Virus record (IMG/VR): IMGVR_UViG_3300021471_000007
Span: 1 to 64,000 of that record
Reading direction: 5' to 3' (one strand)
Origin: a virus
DNA length: 64,000 bases
The notes under the pieces were generated by a model that had not been told where the DNA came from, ran no database searches, and saw only the letters and a list, made by a program, of their open reading frames with translations. The position numbers and the translations under genes were made by a program. Below are positions 45,333 through 55,786 of the stretch, one piece after another. Every line of letters begins with the position of its first letter. Positions within the stretch are counted from its first letter, which is position 1.

Positions 45333-45503
45333 CTAGTACGCAATGCGTTTTCTGTAGATAGCAACATAGTTTGTACCATCATGAAATACATTTATAACAT
45401 CAGACGGATTGCTTGTATTGGCCGCTATTACTGCTAAAATATCAGCAAGCGTGGCACTGGTAGCTGTTTCATACATCCCGTTTTGACTAGTTGTAGCAGC
45501 CAT
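45333..45503 (-). CDS. 56-aa hypothetical protein
   Basis: MAATTSQNGMYET...HDGTNYVAIYRK; fills the gap; GAGGT RBS. Confidence 0.6.
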   Translation of the reverse strand: MAATTSQNGMYETATSATLADILAVIAANTSNPSDVINVFHDGTNYVAIYRKRIAY

Positions 45504-45784
45504 TATCTAGACCTCTTTTTTCTTTTATAAGATCTTATTCTTTTTTTCTTAACCCCTTCTGTTGGATCAACATCTCTTATATGAGATCTAACAGTCTCTA
45601 ATTCTGTACTTTCTATTTTTATTCCCTTTGGTAGTTTTGTAGATTTGAATCCAGTTGCCTTAAATGGTAACTTTATTTCAACACCTGCTTCTTTGAACTT
45701 TTTAAAAAGTTCTGTGTTATCTCCATTCTTACGAATATGTATTGGTCCTTTAATCGTTGGCATTTTTATCACCACGTAAACCAA
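45503..45784 (-). CDS. Basic hypothetical protein
   Basis: ORF track; likely start at MPTIKG. Confidence 0.65.
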   Translation of the reverse strand: MVYVVIKMPTIKGPIHIRKNGDNTELFKKFKEAGVEIKLPFKATGFKSTKLPKGIKIESTELETVRSHIRDVDPTEGVKKKRIRSYKRKKRSR

Positions 45785-46338
45785 TTTGTTCCATCAGAAT
45801 AGAGTCTTGTTGTAGCATAATTTGTTGATACTGTCTTAGACGCAGCACCATCTATGGTTTCTGAACCTTCTGTTGCTATTGTTATATTGTTTGATCCCGC
45901 ATCGCCACCTTCGTCTTTTATTATATATACAGCACCTGCGGATACTAATGCACTAGCTAAAGTTATTGTAACTGCACCACCAGTTGTATCTACTCCGATT
46001 ATATAATCGTTTACAGTAGCAGTATAGTTTTCACTCTTAGATACATGTTTCACTGTCATTCCTGCATCAAATACAACTGAACCTGAAATAGTTATGTCGT
46101 CAGCACCGGATCCATCTGCAGCTAATTTAAATTTTCCATCTGCAGGAGAGTTCATATATATACCGGTGTCTCTAAATTGTAATTTGTTTGTTGATGAAAC
46201 TGTAGCAACTGCATTAAATGTTGAAGCACCTGTTACTGTTAATTTGTCTGTAGATGCATCACCGAATGTCATGCTTCCAGTAATATCAAGCTCTTCGCAA
46301 GTAAGTTTACCTGAATGCCATCCAAATTTTTTGCTCAT
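45769..46338 (-). CDS. Capsid decoration/fibre-like protein
   Basis: Directly after the major capsid gene; YTAT..D..I.VDT...TITL...IKD...TIDG...SDGTNW domain. Confidence 0.7.
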   Translation of the reverse strand: MSKKFGWHSGKLTCEELDITGSMTFGDASTDKLTVTGASTFNAVATVSSTNKLQFRDTGIYMNSPADGKFKLAADGSGADDITISGSVVFDAGMTVKHVSKSENYTATVNDYIIGVDTTGGAVTITLASALVSAGAVYIIKDEGGDAGSNNITIATEGSETIDGAASKTVSTNYATTRLYSDGTNWFTW

Positions 46339-46475
46339 TAATTACACCTCTTTATATTGTTAACCACCATGATCATCGATATTAATCTCCATGGATTGTG
46401 CCACTCATTTGTCCTACCCTAAACATTATGGCACCCACGCTCCCTAATAAATAATGGGAGGGGATAATTCTAAAT

Positions 46476-47438
46476 TTAATCTGCAGCTTTTAGTATAGCC
46501 AAAGCACCGACTTGCAATAAAGCTATAGCGAATTTCATGCTGAGATAAATTCTCTTTTCGTTATAATCTATTCTATCTTCAACTGAAATGTCACCGTGTT
46601 TTGCCCATGCTATTGCTACTGGTCTTTTTGCTTTCATTAAATAAGCTGAATGACCATCAACTGCCCATACTTTGCCGTCTGTAGTATCGGTTGTACCTGA
46701 TGTATAACCTTTGCATTGTGAAGTTGATATAACTTTAACACCAAGGTATTTTCCTATTTCACCATTTAATACAACTTCGTTACTACCATATTCAGCAGCA
46801 TTTACAAATTGACTGTCTTTCATTAAAGCTTCTTCCTGTTCAGGAGCTATGAACAACACATATGGTTCGTCTTTTGTGTTGTAATAATTGTTGCTTCTTA
46901 AACCCCTTATTGCTTTTACTATCATATCAGTGTTGAATGTATCTGTTGCGCTCAATCCGCTAACATCACTAACTGAGCCAGGGTATATAACACCACCTGT
47001 TGCCAAACTGCCCTTAGTAGCACCTTCCAAAGCATCTCTTATAAGAGTATCTACTCTTGTAGCTGCCCATTCTGCTAACTGCATTCTAGCAAATTTTAAA
47101 ACATCAACTGCGTTCTCTTCGATTGCTTCGTATGAAATTCTAACAGCATTCCTTCTGTATGTAGGAGTCAAAGTTGCACTTGATATTGAACCAGTCAAAT
47201 CAGTGAAAGTTGCAACTGTGTTTTCTGCTGTAACTTCCTCACCAGAAAAGTCAACTGCACTAGAAATTGGAAGTTTGTAAGAATAAACTCCTTGTGGCAT
47301 CTTAACCGGGAATGCAATTTGCTCGAACTTTCTAAGTGCTCTAGCTTCTTTTATAAGCTCTGCGCTCCACTGAGTTACTTTAGTATTAATGTCTGTAGAT
47401 GAGGTTGGTCCTTCAGCAAGCATCTCTATTTTTCTCAT
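46476..47438 (-). CDS. Major capsid protein (HK97 fold)
   Basis: WSAELI, E....T, IS.EA, D..I..AL, FIAP.Q...L.KD, NGEIGKYLGVKVI. Confidence 0.9.
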   Translation of the reverse strand: MRKIEMLAEGPTSSTDINTKVTQWSAELIKEARALRKFEQIAFPVKMPQGVYSYKLPISSAVDFSGEEVTAENTVATFTDLTGSISSATLTPTYRRNAVRISYEAIEENAVDVLKFARMQLAEWAATRVDTLIRDALEGATKGSLATGGVIYPGSVSDVSGLSATDTFNTDMIVKAIRGLRSNNYYNTKDEPYVLFIAPEQEEALMKDSQFVNAAEYGSNEVVLNGEIGKYLGVKVISTSQCKGYTSGTTDTTDGKVWAVDGHSAYLMKAKRPVAIAWAKHGDISVEDRIDYNEKRIYLSMKFAIALLQVGALAILKAAD

Positions 47439-48541
47439 TGATTAACACCTCCTTTTAGTATCGACATAAAACTAGCATCTACATCAGAAGTACCTGCATA
47501 TCTAACAGATTTTCTGGATGGTCTGCTAAGTTCCTCTATTTTCTTTGATAATTCTTCTATTTTCTTATCTTTCTCTGCAACAATGGCAGAAAGTTCTGCT
47601 GTTTTTTCTTCTGATTGTTTCTTTATTATTGGTTCCTTCTCGTCATCCGGATATGGATATTTTTTCTTTTTGTTTTTCACATCTGGATATTTTTTGTCTT
47701 CTGGATAAGGATATTTCTTTTTCTTTAGTTCCTCAGCAACTATTTCAGAAACAAGCTCTCTTATTCTCTCTTCGCTTAATGGCTCTGTTTCAGGTTCTTC
47801 TTCGGTTGACTCAGGTTCTTCTTCCTCGAGTTCCTTTGTTTCCTCTTTTGGCTCATCCGTTTCTGGTTCTGTTTGTTCTTTTGTAGTCTCTTCTGCTGGT
47901 TGTTCCTCTTCTTCCTTGTCATCTTCCTGAAGATCTGCTAAGATCTCTTGTAATTGCTGTATGTCCTCACTGGTGAAGTCTTCTTTTTGTACAGCTTCTA
48001 GCTCAGTGAGCACGTCTTTCAGTGTTTTTTTATTTTCTTGCATTTCTACACCTCCATATATTATTTTTTCAGTTTTACCTGTTGAACTGTTGTTTATATA
48101 AGCTGTTTTCACAGCTGGATCATAAACAACTGAAAAGTTCTCAAATCTAAAATCATTTATAACACCACGATCTTCATCAATTCGCAATCTTGGCGATATA
48201 CCAAATTTTGCACCATACTTCAAATTTATCGCAGTCTGTAAATCAGTAATATATAAATCACCAACTACATCATCACCTTCTAAATGTATGTTTTTGACGT
48301 CTCCAATCCATTTTGATGCTTCTGTATCCTTATGATCTAAGAACAATGAGCATACTTCATCATTAAAATCAGTATTCTTTAATGCATCTAATACCGTATC
48401 TCTAGAATAATATTTATTATTCCAAATACCCGGACTCATCAATATTTTATTACGCAACACGAGTAAAGGTTTACCTTTACCAACAGCATCTAATAAATCA
48501 AATTTTGTTGCACTATTTAAAATACTACTATTTATTTTCAT
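47435..48541 (-). CDS. Prohead protease-scaffold fusion
   Basis: G.WN...Y, LFLDH, WIG.V, FGISP, SVV.DPA; acidic linker, KYPYP repeats, coiled coil. Confidence 0.8.
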   Translation of the reverse strand: MKINSSILNSATKFDLLDAVGKGKPLLVLRNKILMSPGIWNNKYYSRDTVLDALKNTDFNDEVCSLFLDHKDTEASKWIGDVKNIHLEGDDVVGDLYITDLQTAINLKYGAKFGISPRLRIDEDRGVINDFRFENFSVVYDPAVKTAYINNSSTGKTEKIIYGGVEMQENKKTLKDVLTELEAVQKEDFTSEDIQQLQEILADLQEDDKEEEEQPAEETTKEQTEPETDEPKEETKELEEEEPESTEEEPETEPLSEERIRELVSEIVAEELKKKKYPYPEDKKYPDVKNKKKKYPYPDDEKEPIIKKQSEEKTAELSAIVAEKDKKIEELSKKIEELSRPSRKSVRYAGTSDVDASFMSILKGGVNQ

Positions 48542-48554
48542 ATAATTACCTTTA

Positions 48555-48576
48555 ATTAAATGGATATATATTATTA
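48555..48576 (-). promoter_or_regulatory. Candidate late promoter
   Basis: Near-identical to 43530-43551; directly upstream of the protease-capsid genes. Confidence 0.6.
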
Positions 48577-48578
48577 TC

Positions 48579-48743
48579 CTATTTTACATACTTTTTTTGA
48601 TATCTCCACACAGTAGACATCCCACATCCAACTTCCATTGCTATTTCTCGTCTTGAATAAACGGGATCTGTGGAATTTGTCATTAATATTATCTTTTTAA
48701 TTTGTTCTAACGATATGTTTGGTGTACCAGACGGTCTTGAAAT
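48579..48743 (-). CDS. Small HTH protein (ATT start, or GTG at 48752)
   Basis: (M)SRPSGTPNISLEQIKKI...YSRREIAMEVGCGMSTVWRYQ. Confidence 0.7.
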   Translation of the reverse strand: MSRPSGTPNISLEQIKKIILMTNSTDPVYSRREIAMEVGCGMSTVWRYQKKYVK

Positions 48744-48752
48744 ACGAATCAC

Positions 48753-49061
48753 CTACAACGAAACTTCAACGAGATCAATGTAATCTCTGTTTACAACTTG
48801 TTTCGAATTCACCATTGCAATAACCTCTATTGAATATTGTCCTATTGTATCATCCACAGCTGTCTCCCAATCATAATAAAATACCCCCTGTGACTCTCTA
48901 GTCATAGTCACCGAATCAACCTTTGTCGTACCAGTAGTTACATCGCGAATTGTTATGGTAATTTTGTAATCCGTGTCCTGATCTGGATCAACAAGATTGT
49001 CGTTTATATCCCGCAAATAAACTTTTATTCTTGCGGTTTGTCCTCTTTCATATTCAGTCAT
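48753..49061 (-). CDS. Ig-like/BppU-N-like structural protein
   Basis: ERGQT..I...D....VDP...GVFYY.W....G.Y. Confidence 0.65.
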   Translation of the reverse strand: MTEYERGQTARIKVYLRDINDNLVDPDQDTDYKITITIRDVTTGTTKVDSVTMTRESQGVFYYDWETAVDDTIGQYSIEVIAMVNSKQVVNRDYIDLVEVSL

Positions 49062-49065
49062 ATAA

Positions 49066-49917
49066 TCACCCGTATATATAATTTATAATTATTTTTCCAT
49101 AATCAAAATATTCGATATATGCATGTATTGGTGGGAATCCCGACCAATTATAATCTATCAATTTTAAGACATCTGTCACACTTCTAATATAAGACACAGT
49201 TCTATTATATATATCTGCAATATCCAGAACATCTGCAATACTTCTTCCAAGTGTTGCTGTTCTGTTATATATATCAGATAATGTTAAAACAGATGAAATA
49301 ATTTTAAGTGTTTCTCTATATATTGCATCTGATAATGATATCACTGCAATTATAATTTCACTATAACCAATGTTAAGTATATCAGATAAAACTGCAGCAT
49401 CAGTATATAATCTATAATAAGTTCCGGCTCTTTGAAAAACATCATTTAATAGCATCTGCGCAACCAATGTTCTTGCAAAAAATAAAACCTTACTGTATGA
49501 ATCAACTATAGAAGCATTATCCGATAAAATCTTCATTATAAGAGCTTCTTTTGAGTCAACCAAACTCAGAGATTCTTTCTTTTCATATAAACTTATTAAT
49601 TTATTAAACGTATCATTTTCAATTAGTATATCACTGTAAGATCTAAATCCTGTATAGGATCTACTATATGTATCAGACCCAACCAACATCGCTGTTAATA
49701 GCTTTTGTACTCCAAGTATATACGTATCATCAATTGTTATAGTAGACATGTTTTGTTTATAAATACATTTTATAAGACTGTCGCTAAATATAACAGTCTC
49801 ACTCAATATTTTTGTAAGTGCAGCACCGATAGCTGAAATATTAAGCAATCCCAACTCTGTCCTATTCGCACCAGTACTTATTAAACCAAGCGTAGTTCTT
49901 ATATCAGTATCGGTCAT
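49066..49917 (-). CDS. Repeat-rich fibre protein (about 19-aa SD.I.L.D repeats)
   Basis: Periodic LSE/SD..L.D units; related to 56375-58873. Confidence 0.7.
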   Translation of the reverse strand: MTDTDIRTTLGLISTGANRTELGLLNISAIGAALTKILSETVIFSDSLIKCIYKQNMSTITIDDTYILGVQKLLTAMLVGSDTYSRSYTGFRSYSDILIENDTFNKLISLYEKKESLSLVDSKEALIMKILSDNASIVDSYSKVLFFARTLVAQMLLNDVFQRAGTYYRLYTDAAVLSDILNIGYSEIIIAVISLSDAIYRETLKIISSVLTLSDIYNRTATLGRSIADVLDIADIYNRTVSYIRSVTDVLKLIDYNWSGFPPIHAYIEYFDYGKIIINYIYG

Positions 49918-51278
49918 TGCTTAATCACCTTGAACAATGTTAGGTTATTATTTGCATCATAAGATGCTGTCATTTTATATTTTGCAATCAAACCGGTGGT
50001 TTTATCATGTGTTGTTGCATTTGCAGCACTATCATAACAATATAAATATGATTCTGTTTTGTTGCCGTTGGCATCTCTAGATATATCATCCTCTACATGA
50101 TTCTCTAATACCATACCGAGTATTTTCCACAACGATTCTCCAAATGTCCCAGATGTACTATGATCAGAAACGTTTTCATCCCAAACCTGATCGGATATAG
50201 TCAACGGATTCAATAAATAACTTATATCTACATTGGCCGAAGAGTTGTTTATAATTTTTCCAACACCTCTAATTGTTATATCACCGTTTGTAACTGTGCT
50301 ATCAAGAACTACCTTGCCACTGTTTAGGTCTATGCGTATGCTGTCTGTTCCTGTTTTGTTTATTATTTTTATTCCTCCATTGTAATTTCGGAGTGATAGG
50401 CCTTGGCCGCTTCCACCCATGTCTATTACCGGTGGATCTGTCCCAATGATACCGTTCCAACAATCCAAAAAATGAGCGTCGCTTCCTCCTCCTAACGTTA
50501 TAGTTCCTTCCAACATGCATGATTCTATCACCCCGTAAATATAATTTAAATCTCCAATTCTACATTGATATAGTTTACAATTACCATCTAAAGTTCCTGT
50601 TACATATGCATTTTCAAATTCACAATTAGTAACATCGGCTGCCGAACTAATGGTGATATTAGTTTTAGTCATAGATTCTCCCATAAACAGCATACCAGAA
50701 TAATCACCACCGGTATCTATTGTCAAATCACCAATTACATAAATAGTATCAAAACCTCTTTCGTCTGCTATTAACATAGCATCTGTTAAATTATTGACTG
50801 GCTCTTGCAAAGTCCCAACTGGAAAATCTGTTCCACTATAAGGACTTGTTACATCAATTGTAACCCCACCATTAAATGAACTATATTGAATAGATGATAA
50901 TTCCTGCAATGTTGCAGAAGACGAACTCGTAAGCGTAACAGTAACATATGCAGATGGTTCAATTGGCGATTCATAGCTAGAAGTCGCGGTATTGTACATA
51001 ACCAAATTACCACCACTAACATTACAAATAATATAACTTGGACCAGATCGGTCTTCAAATTTTAATTTCCAATCTATAAGTTTGAGTGTTAAACCAACAT
51101 AAACTCCTCCACCAAGTTCTTCTTTTCCTGTGCAATCTGCTACTTTGTAAACTTCCATGTTTTCTGGTTCGTCTTCCCAGTCTCTAATATTGTTATAAAG
51201 ATCTTGTATGGTAACCTCAGTGTCTGGAGCTTTGACTATAATAAGCTTATTAATTTTATCAAATTCATATACTACCAC
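49914..51278 (-). CDS. Virion-associated protein with beta-helix-like region
   Basis: IQDLY..IRDWED N-domain; GT...PVNNL.DA; beta-rich. Confidence 0.7.
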   Translation of the reverse strand: MVVYEFDKINKLIIVKAPDTEVTIQDLYNNIRDWEDEPENMEVYKVADCTGKEELGGGVYVGLTLKLIDWKLKFEDRSGPSYIICNVSGGNLVMYNTATSSYESPIEPSAYVTVTLTSSSSATLQELSSIQYSSFNGGVTIDVTSPYSGTDFPVGTLQEPVNNLTDAMLIADERGFDTIYVIGDLTIDTGGDYSGMLFMGESMTKTNITISSAADVTNCEFENAYVTGTLDGNCKLYQCRIGDLNYIYGVIESCMLEGTITLGGGSDAHFLDCWNGIIGTDPPVIDMGGSGQGLSLRNYNGGIKIINKTGTDSIRIDLNSGKVVLDSTVTNGDITIRGVGKIINNSSANVDISYLLNPLTISDQVWDENVSDHSTSGTFGESLWKILGMVLENHVEDDISRDANGNKTESYLYCYDSAANATTHDKTTGLIAKYKMTASYDANNNLTLFKVIKQ

Positions 51279-51294
51279 TAGACCACCCTAAAAA

Positions 51295-51328
51295 ATCAAA
51301 GGGAAGGGGGGCTAACCCCTCTTTTAAT
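51295..51328 (-). terminator. Hairpin terminator/attenuator
   Basis: Minus strand AAGAGGGG-TTAG-CCCCCTT followed by TTTGATTTTTT. Confidence 0.45.
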
Positions 51329-51329
51329 T

Positions 51330-53966
51330 TTATGCTACTATTGAATCTGTCGTTCTAATAGCAGACACACTAAGTCCGCTGCTTCCAACGGTACCACTTG
51401 TCTCAAATGGTAGTATTCCCTTCTTTCTTACTCTGATCAATACTGTCCTGTCTGAGTTATATAGTATAGTTACTTGTGCTGTTGTTGAAGTTGCCGTTGT
51501 ATCTATAAATGGAACATAACACGTGTCTATTCCACCATAATCTCTGTCTAATTTATTTGTATCATAGTTATCTGATACTGACCAACCGCTAGATAATCCG
51601 GCTGTAGTTAGCTGTGTTGAACTATCAATTGACACAACATATCCACTTTCGGCTGTTGTTGTATTTCTTATTACATCTCCAACTTGTACATCATCTGTCC
51701 CACCAAAGTCTGCTGCAGAATCTACTAATGTTTGACCAGTTGAACCAGATGTCGCAGAACCAGCCGCTCCTGTTTTTAGCGTAAATGTTGAACCACTCCA
51801 ACTTGAATATCTATATCTTTGTTCTTCGCTAGTAGAAGTATCTACCACTCTCAAAGTACCACTTGATGGAACGTCTGTATCAATAGATTCTTGTATTACA
51901 AACGATGTATTTCCATCGGTATTGCTTGTTGCATGACTCGTATATATTGATTTGTCTATTGATCCACCGGTTGTCCTGAATACAGCAACTCTGTCTCCAG
52001 AAACAACGTTTGTTACTGATATTGTTATGCTTGTATATGGTGTTCTCACATTACCATTGCTGTCTATGAACTGGTACGATTGATCTGATGCCATACCTTC
52101 AATCCATACACCCTGTGCACCAAAGAACTTACCACCCGCGAATGTCCCGAATGGTGATTGTTTAGTTGGTGTATATCCTGTATATGCTTGTATGTATTCT
52201 TCACCGTCTAATGGTGTAATTACACTAGAAACAACTGTATACATCTGGTATGTTGAATTAGATTGTGTAACAAATTTGAGATATTCATATACGTCAGCTA
52301 ATGTTCTACCAGTATTATATATGTCTCCTGCATTTATTATAACATCATATGGATATGCACTCTGCTGTTGGAAGGCTTTATTCATTGTATGTGCAGATTG
52401 CAAATCTTGACTTGCTGTACACGATGCTCCTGACAAATCACCAGTTATTGCCTTTCCGTTTAATGATGTACTAGTACAGTTTCCCAAAGTTAATTCAGAT
52501 CCAGAATCATATAATACAATTCCTTCTCCGCCACTCCATGTTACTCTCTCGCCTGCTGTAAATGTTCCTGTTGTTCCACCATGACTAACTGTTCCGTTAA
52601 CGAATGCTATTGTAATATCAGAATAACCAGATACCACAGTTGTTGAATCACCATTCGCTGTAGCTGAACCAGGTGTTCCATTATCATCAGTTATTGTTTC
52701 ATCGTCCTGGAAATCCTTATAATATGCTGCTCTACTAGATCCTGTAACAGTTGTGTCCACTTGTAGTAAGAGCTTTCCAGTAGTACCGTCATCTTGTAGA
52801 CCAACTATCTTTCTCTTTGCTCCACTTGTTCCACCGGTTAACACTGCTCCTACGGTAAAGGTTGATGTTTCAGCATCGTATTCTAAATATGTATCACCAA
52901 CTGTTCCATTTATATCAGCAGTTGCACCAGATGTTCCTCCAGTAAATGAATCGTTGTCGCTTATTGTTCCTTTAACGCCACGTATTTCAAGCATTCCCTC
53001 GGTGCCCCAATCAGTTACGGATACAACTTCTGCATCCCAACCACCACCAGAGCTTGATATTATTTCTTTTGCTTGGAATGGTCCACTAGATTCATTATCA
53101 TAGAATATATAATAATCTCCAGTTGCATTGTTCAGATCCTCTGAAGTAGACAAAGGAACCGCACTACGACCTCCTGATGTTAGATCTATTTCAAAGTTAT
53201 CAAACAGATCTCCCTCTTGTCTTGCAAATACTGTTATGTTAGCACCATCTATTTCTGATCCGGCTTCTTTAACTTGAATTAATACATCTATATGTCCTCT
53301 GTCCCAATTGCTCAAAGAACTCCATTCAGCTATTCTTTCTCCCTGCTGGAATATATATATCTGCGGATACGGATTTGTTTCAATAGTACCCAAAGTATAT
53401 ACATTTGCATATAGCTCTTCGCCTGTAACGGAACCACCACTATCTATCAAATTACCTGCTCCTGTTCCAGACCCATCATCTATATCCAATGCTGTACTTG
53501 TATCAGAAAATGTATCTCCTGTATCATCTACTCTAACCCACCAATATCTTCGTGTATTATCGTATCCCAATAATGTTCCTGTATCTGCGGGTGAACCGCC
53601 TGAATAACCAACCTGCTTTCCTATATCACTAGCAACACAGTTTGTATACCCCGAAGATTCAAGTTTTAACAATCTTATACCATCATTGTTCGAACTAGCA
53701 TCATAACCAGAAGTAGCTATAGCACCACCCTTTAGGTATTTGTGACTTTCGTATGTTGCACTTATATCTAGCCACCACCCATTGATCATGGTATAAGCAG
53801 TAGGCGTCTGTGCTGACATTGGAACCTTATCATCCATTTGTGTTGGCTCATCAAATGTATCTTGTAAATACGAGTATAACTCATTTACTGTATATACTGT
53901 AGTACCGCTTGAATGATAAATCCTTTTGTTGGTGTAATCAATGGTCCAATCGTCTCCTATTGCCAT
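51330..53966 (-). CDS. 878-aa virion-associated protein
   Basis: YTVNELYSYLQD N-domain; repeated F..GE.ITGGTSGA units; Gly/Ser/Thr-rich. Confidence 0.75.
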   Translation of the reverse strand: MAIGDDWTIDYTNKRIYHSSGTTVYTVNELYSYLQDTFDEPTQMDDKVPMSAQTPTAYTMINGWWLDISATYESHKYLKGGAIATSGYDASSNNDGIRLLKLESSGYTNCVASDIGKQVGYSGGSPADTGTLLGYDNTRRYWWVRVDDTGDTFSDTSTALDIDDGSGTGAGNLIDSGGSVTGEELYANVYTLGTIETNPYPQIYIFQQGERIAEWSSLSNWDRGHIDVLIQVKEAGSEIDGANITVFARQEGDLFDNFEIDLTSGGRSAVPLSTSEDLNNATGDYYIFYDNESSGPFQAKEIISSSGGGWDAEVVSVTDWGTEGMLEIRGVKGTISDNDSFTGGTSGATADINGTVGDTYLEYDAETSTFTVGAVLTGGTSGAKRKIVGLQDDGTTGKLLLQVDTTVTGSSRAAYYKDFQDDETITDDNGTPGSATANGDSTTVVSGYSDITIAFVNGTVSHGGTTGTFTAGERVTWSGGEGIVLYDSGSELTLGNCTSTSLNGKAITGDLSGASCTASQDLQSAHTMNKAFQQQSAYPYDVIINAGDIYNTGRTLADVYEYLKFVTQSNSTYQMYTVVSSVITPLDGEEYIQAYTGYTPTKQSPFGTFAGGKFFGAQGVWIEGMASDQSYQFIDSNGNVRTPYTSITISVTNVVSGDRVAVFRTTGGSIDKSIYTSHATSNTDGNTSFVIQESIDTDVPSSGTLRVVDTSTSEEQRYRYSSWSGSTFTLKTGAAGSATSGSTGQTLVDSAADFGGTDDVQVGDVIRNTTTAESGYVVSIDSSTQLTTAGLSSGWSVSDNYDTNKLDRDYGGIDTCYVPFIDTTATSTTAQVTILYNSDRTVLIRVRKKGILPFETSGTVGSSGLSVSAIRTTDSIVA

Positions 53967-53970
53967 CTAA

Positions 53971-54180
53971 TCACCTCTTTTTCCTCTTTCTTTTAATTTT
54001 TTTGCTTTTAGTTTTTTTAACCTTAACTTCATTTTTTATTTCATCTATCAATCCATTTCTTAATGCTACATGATATAACATCAATTCTGGATGATCCTTT
54101 GCTTCATTCTTATCAACTCTAACAACGTTTCCCTTCTTAAAATCTTCTGTATCAAATATTACATAATATGTCTTTTCCAT
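53971..54180 (-). CDS. Small basic hypothetical protein
   Basis: GGAGG RBS. Confidence 0.65.
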   Translation of the reverse strand: MEKTYYVIFDTEDFKKGNVVRVDKNEAKDHPELMLYHVALRNGLIDEIKNEVKVKKTKSKKIKRKRKKR

Positions 54181-54193
54181 TGTTTCAACCTCC

Positions 54194-55786
54194 TTAAGCT
54201 ATATCATCCTGATATAACACTGATGTAAGCGAGTATCCACTACTCGTTATTGTTCCTGTCGTGGAAACTGGCAAATACCTTGTGTCTCCTGACGAAGATT
54301 TTCTAATTCTTATATTAATTGGTGTATCAGAAAGATAATTGTATGTAGTAGACACATTACCGTTTACATCAGTACTTGAATTTAAAATTTGAGACTGATC
54401 TGATGCTTTTTCTATATATACCTGCGCACCATATACATTATTACCATCAACATCTTCAACATGAACAGATATCGAAACTGAATTATTTATTGTTGTTGAA
54501 CCACCACCAGTATTCTCATAGTATGATGGATCAGATCCATTTATAGCATTTATAACAACAGATCCAGATGTTGTGTTTTCAATATCATAGTTAGTAGAAC
54601 CGTCTGTCCCAGTAAATGTCAAATTATCAAACGTATATGTTCCAGCTGTTGTTATTTCAACCGAATGATTTGTTGGACTAATAAAACTACAATCTGTTAC
54701 ATTAAAAGATGTACTTGAAACCGTTATCGCATCATCTGTTGCAGATATAAAAGTACAATGTTGAACATCACAGGTATCTACAGTAACTTTTCCAGCAATG
54801 TTCCATGTACAGCTTATAACTTCTTTGTTTGTTGCATTAGAAGGTAATGTTGTTGCACCAACATCAATAAATGATGTTCCATATAATTTTACTTCATCAA
54901 AGTTAGAATCGCTAAAGTCTAATGCAACTTTCGCTGAACCGGCCGACTTTATTACACAACCATTAATGCCTACAGATCCTGATTTTTCACCCAATACAAA
55001 ACTGTTAGTTCCTGTAGAATTCCCAACCAAAGTAATCTTATAATATGAACTCGGAACCGTCCTATCTTCAAATATTACAAGTGCGTTTGTATCTTTAAAA
55101 TAACTGCTCCCTGTACCAGAATCACCAAATTCTAATGCACCCTGAACACCATAAACTCCAGATTGTAATTTTCTAATAATGCCATAAGCATTAGAAGTAG
55201 ATTCGTCTTGTGCAACAATTTCTGAAAAAGTACCCTCTGTTGTGGATCCACCACCACCTATAGTAAGTGCTGCAGAACTATTGGATATATATCTACATAT
55301 ATCAATAAATACATTATCACCTGATCCTACTGCTTTTATTGGAACATTAAATTCAACACCAACTTGCGTTATTGCAGTTAATGTTGGTGCAGAACTACCA
55401 TTAATTTGATGATAAGAAGTTGGTAAATTTGATGTATCCAAAATAAAACATGACCATGCGCCCAACTGGAAACCATAATCATCACTACCGCCAACATAAT
55501 ATGCACGTGTATTTGTTCCATCTCCAATTATTATTCTGAAACCGCCGTTTGCTTTTGTATCAACCGATCCAGCATTCATCCAAGAATAAATTATACAATT
55601 TGAAAGATTAGTAGAACTTATTGTCTTATAAGCATATACTGTACCCTGTGAACCTTGCATACCAAGACAATATGTTCCCTCCCTCTGAAAACCGGTATAT
55701 GTTGTAACAGTATCGTCTGTAGTCCAATTACTAGTGCTTTCTGCATCATACAGCGTTGTCATATTATTTGTTATCGTGACTGACAT
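54194..55786 (-). CDS. Virion-associated protein (CBM-like N-domain, beta-helix, Ig-like C-domain)
   Basis: ITQVGV, V.D.DGN.V.GAQV...TD.NG. Confidence 0.7.
   Translation of the reverse strand: MSVTITNNMTTLYDAESTSNWTTDDTVTTYTGFQREGTYCLGMQGSQGTVYAYKTISSTNLSNCIIYSWMNAGSVDTKANGGFRIIIGDGTNTRAYYVGGSDDYGFQLGAWSCFILDTSNLPTSYHQINGSSAPTLTAITQVGVEFNVPIKAVGSGDNVFIDICRYISNSSAALTIGGGGSTTEGTFSEIVAQDESTSNAYGIIRKLQSGVYGVQGALEFGDSGTGSSYFKDTNALVIFEDRTVPSSYYKITLVGNSTGTNSFVLGEKSGSVGINGCVIKSAGSAKVALDFSDSNFDEVKLYGTSFIDVGATTLPSNATNKEVISCTWNIAGKVTVDTCDVQHCTFISATDDAITVSSTSFNVTDCSFISPTNHSVEITTAGTYTFDNLTFTGTDGSTNYDIENTTSGSVVINAINGSDPSYYENTGGGSTTINNSVSISVHVEDVDGNNVYGAQVYIEKASDQSQILNSSTDVNGNVSTTYNYLSDTPINIRIRKSSSGDTRYLPVSTTGTITSSGYSLTSVLYQDDIA

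Noticed and set aside
46340-46475. ncRNA downstream of the major capsid gene
   Set aside because: Only short stems (CTCCC/GGGAG, GTGCCA/TGGCAC, CCATG/CATGG); more simply explained as a terminator or attenuator, so the evidence is too weak
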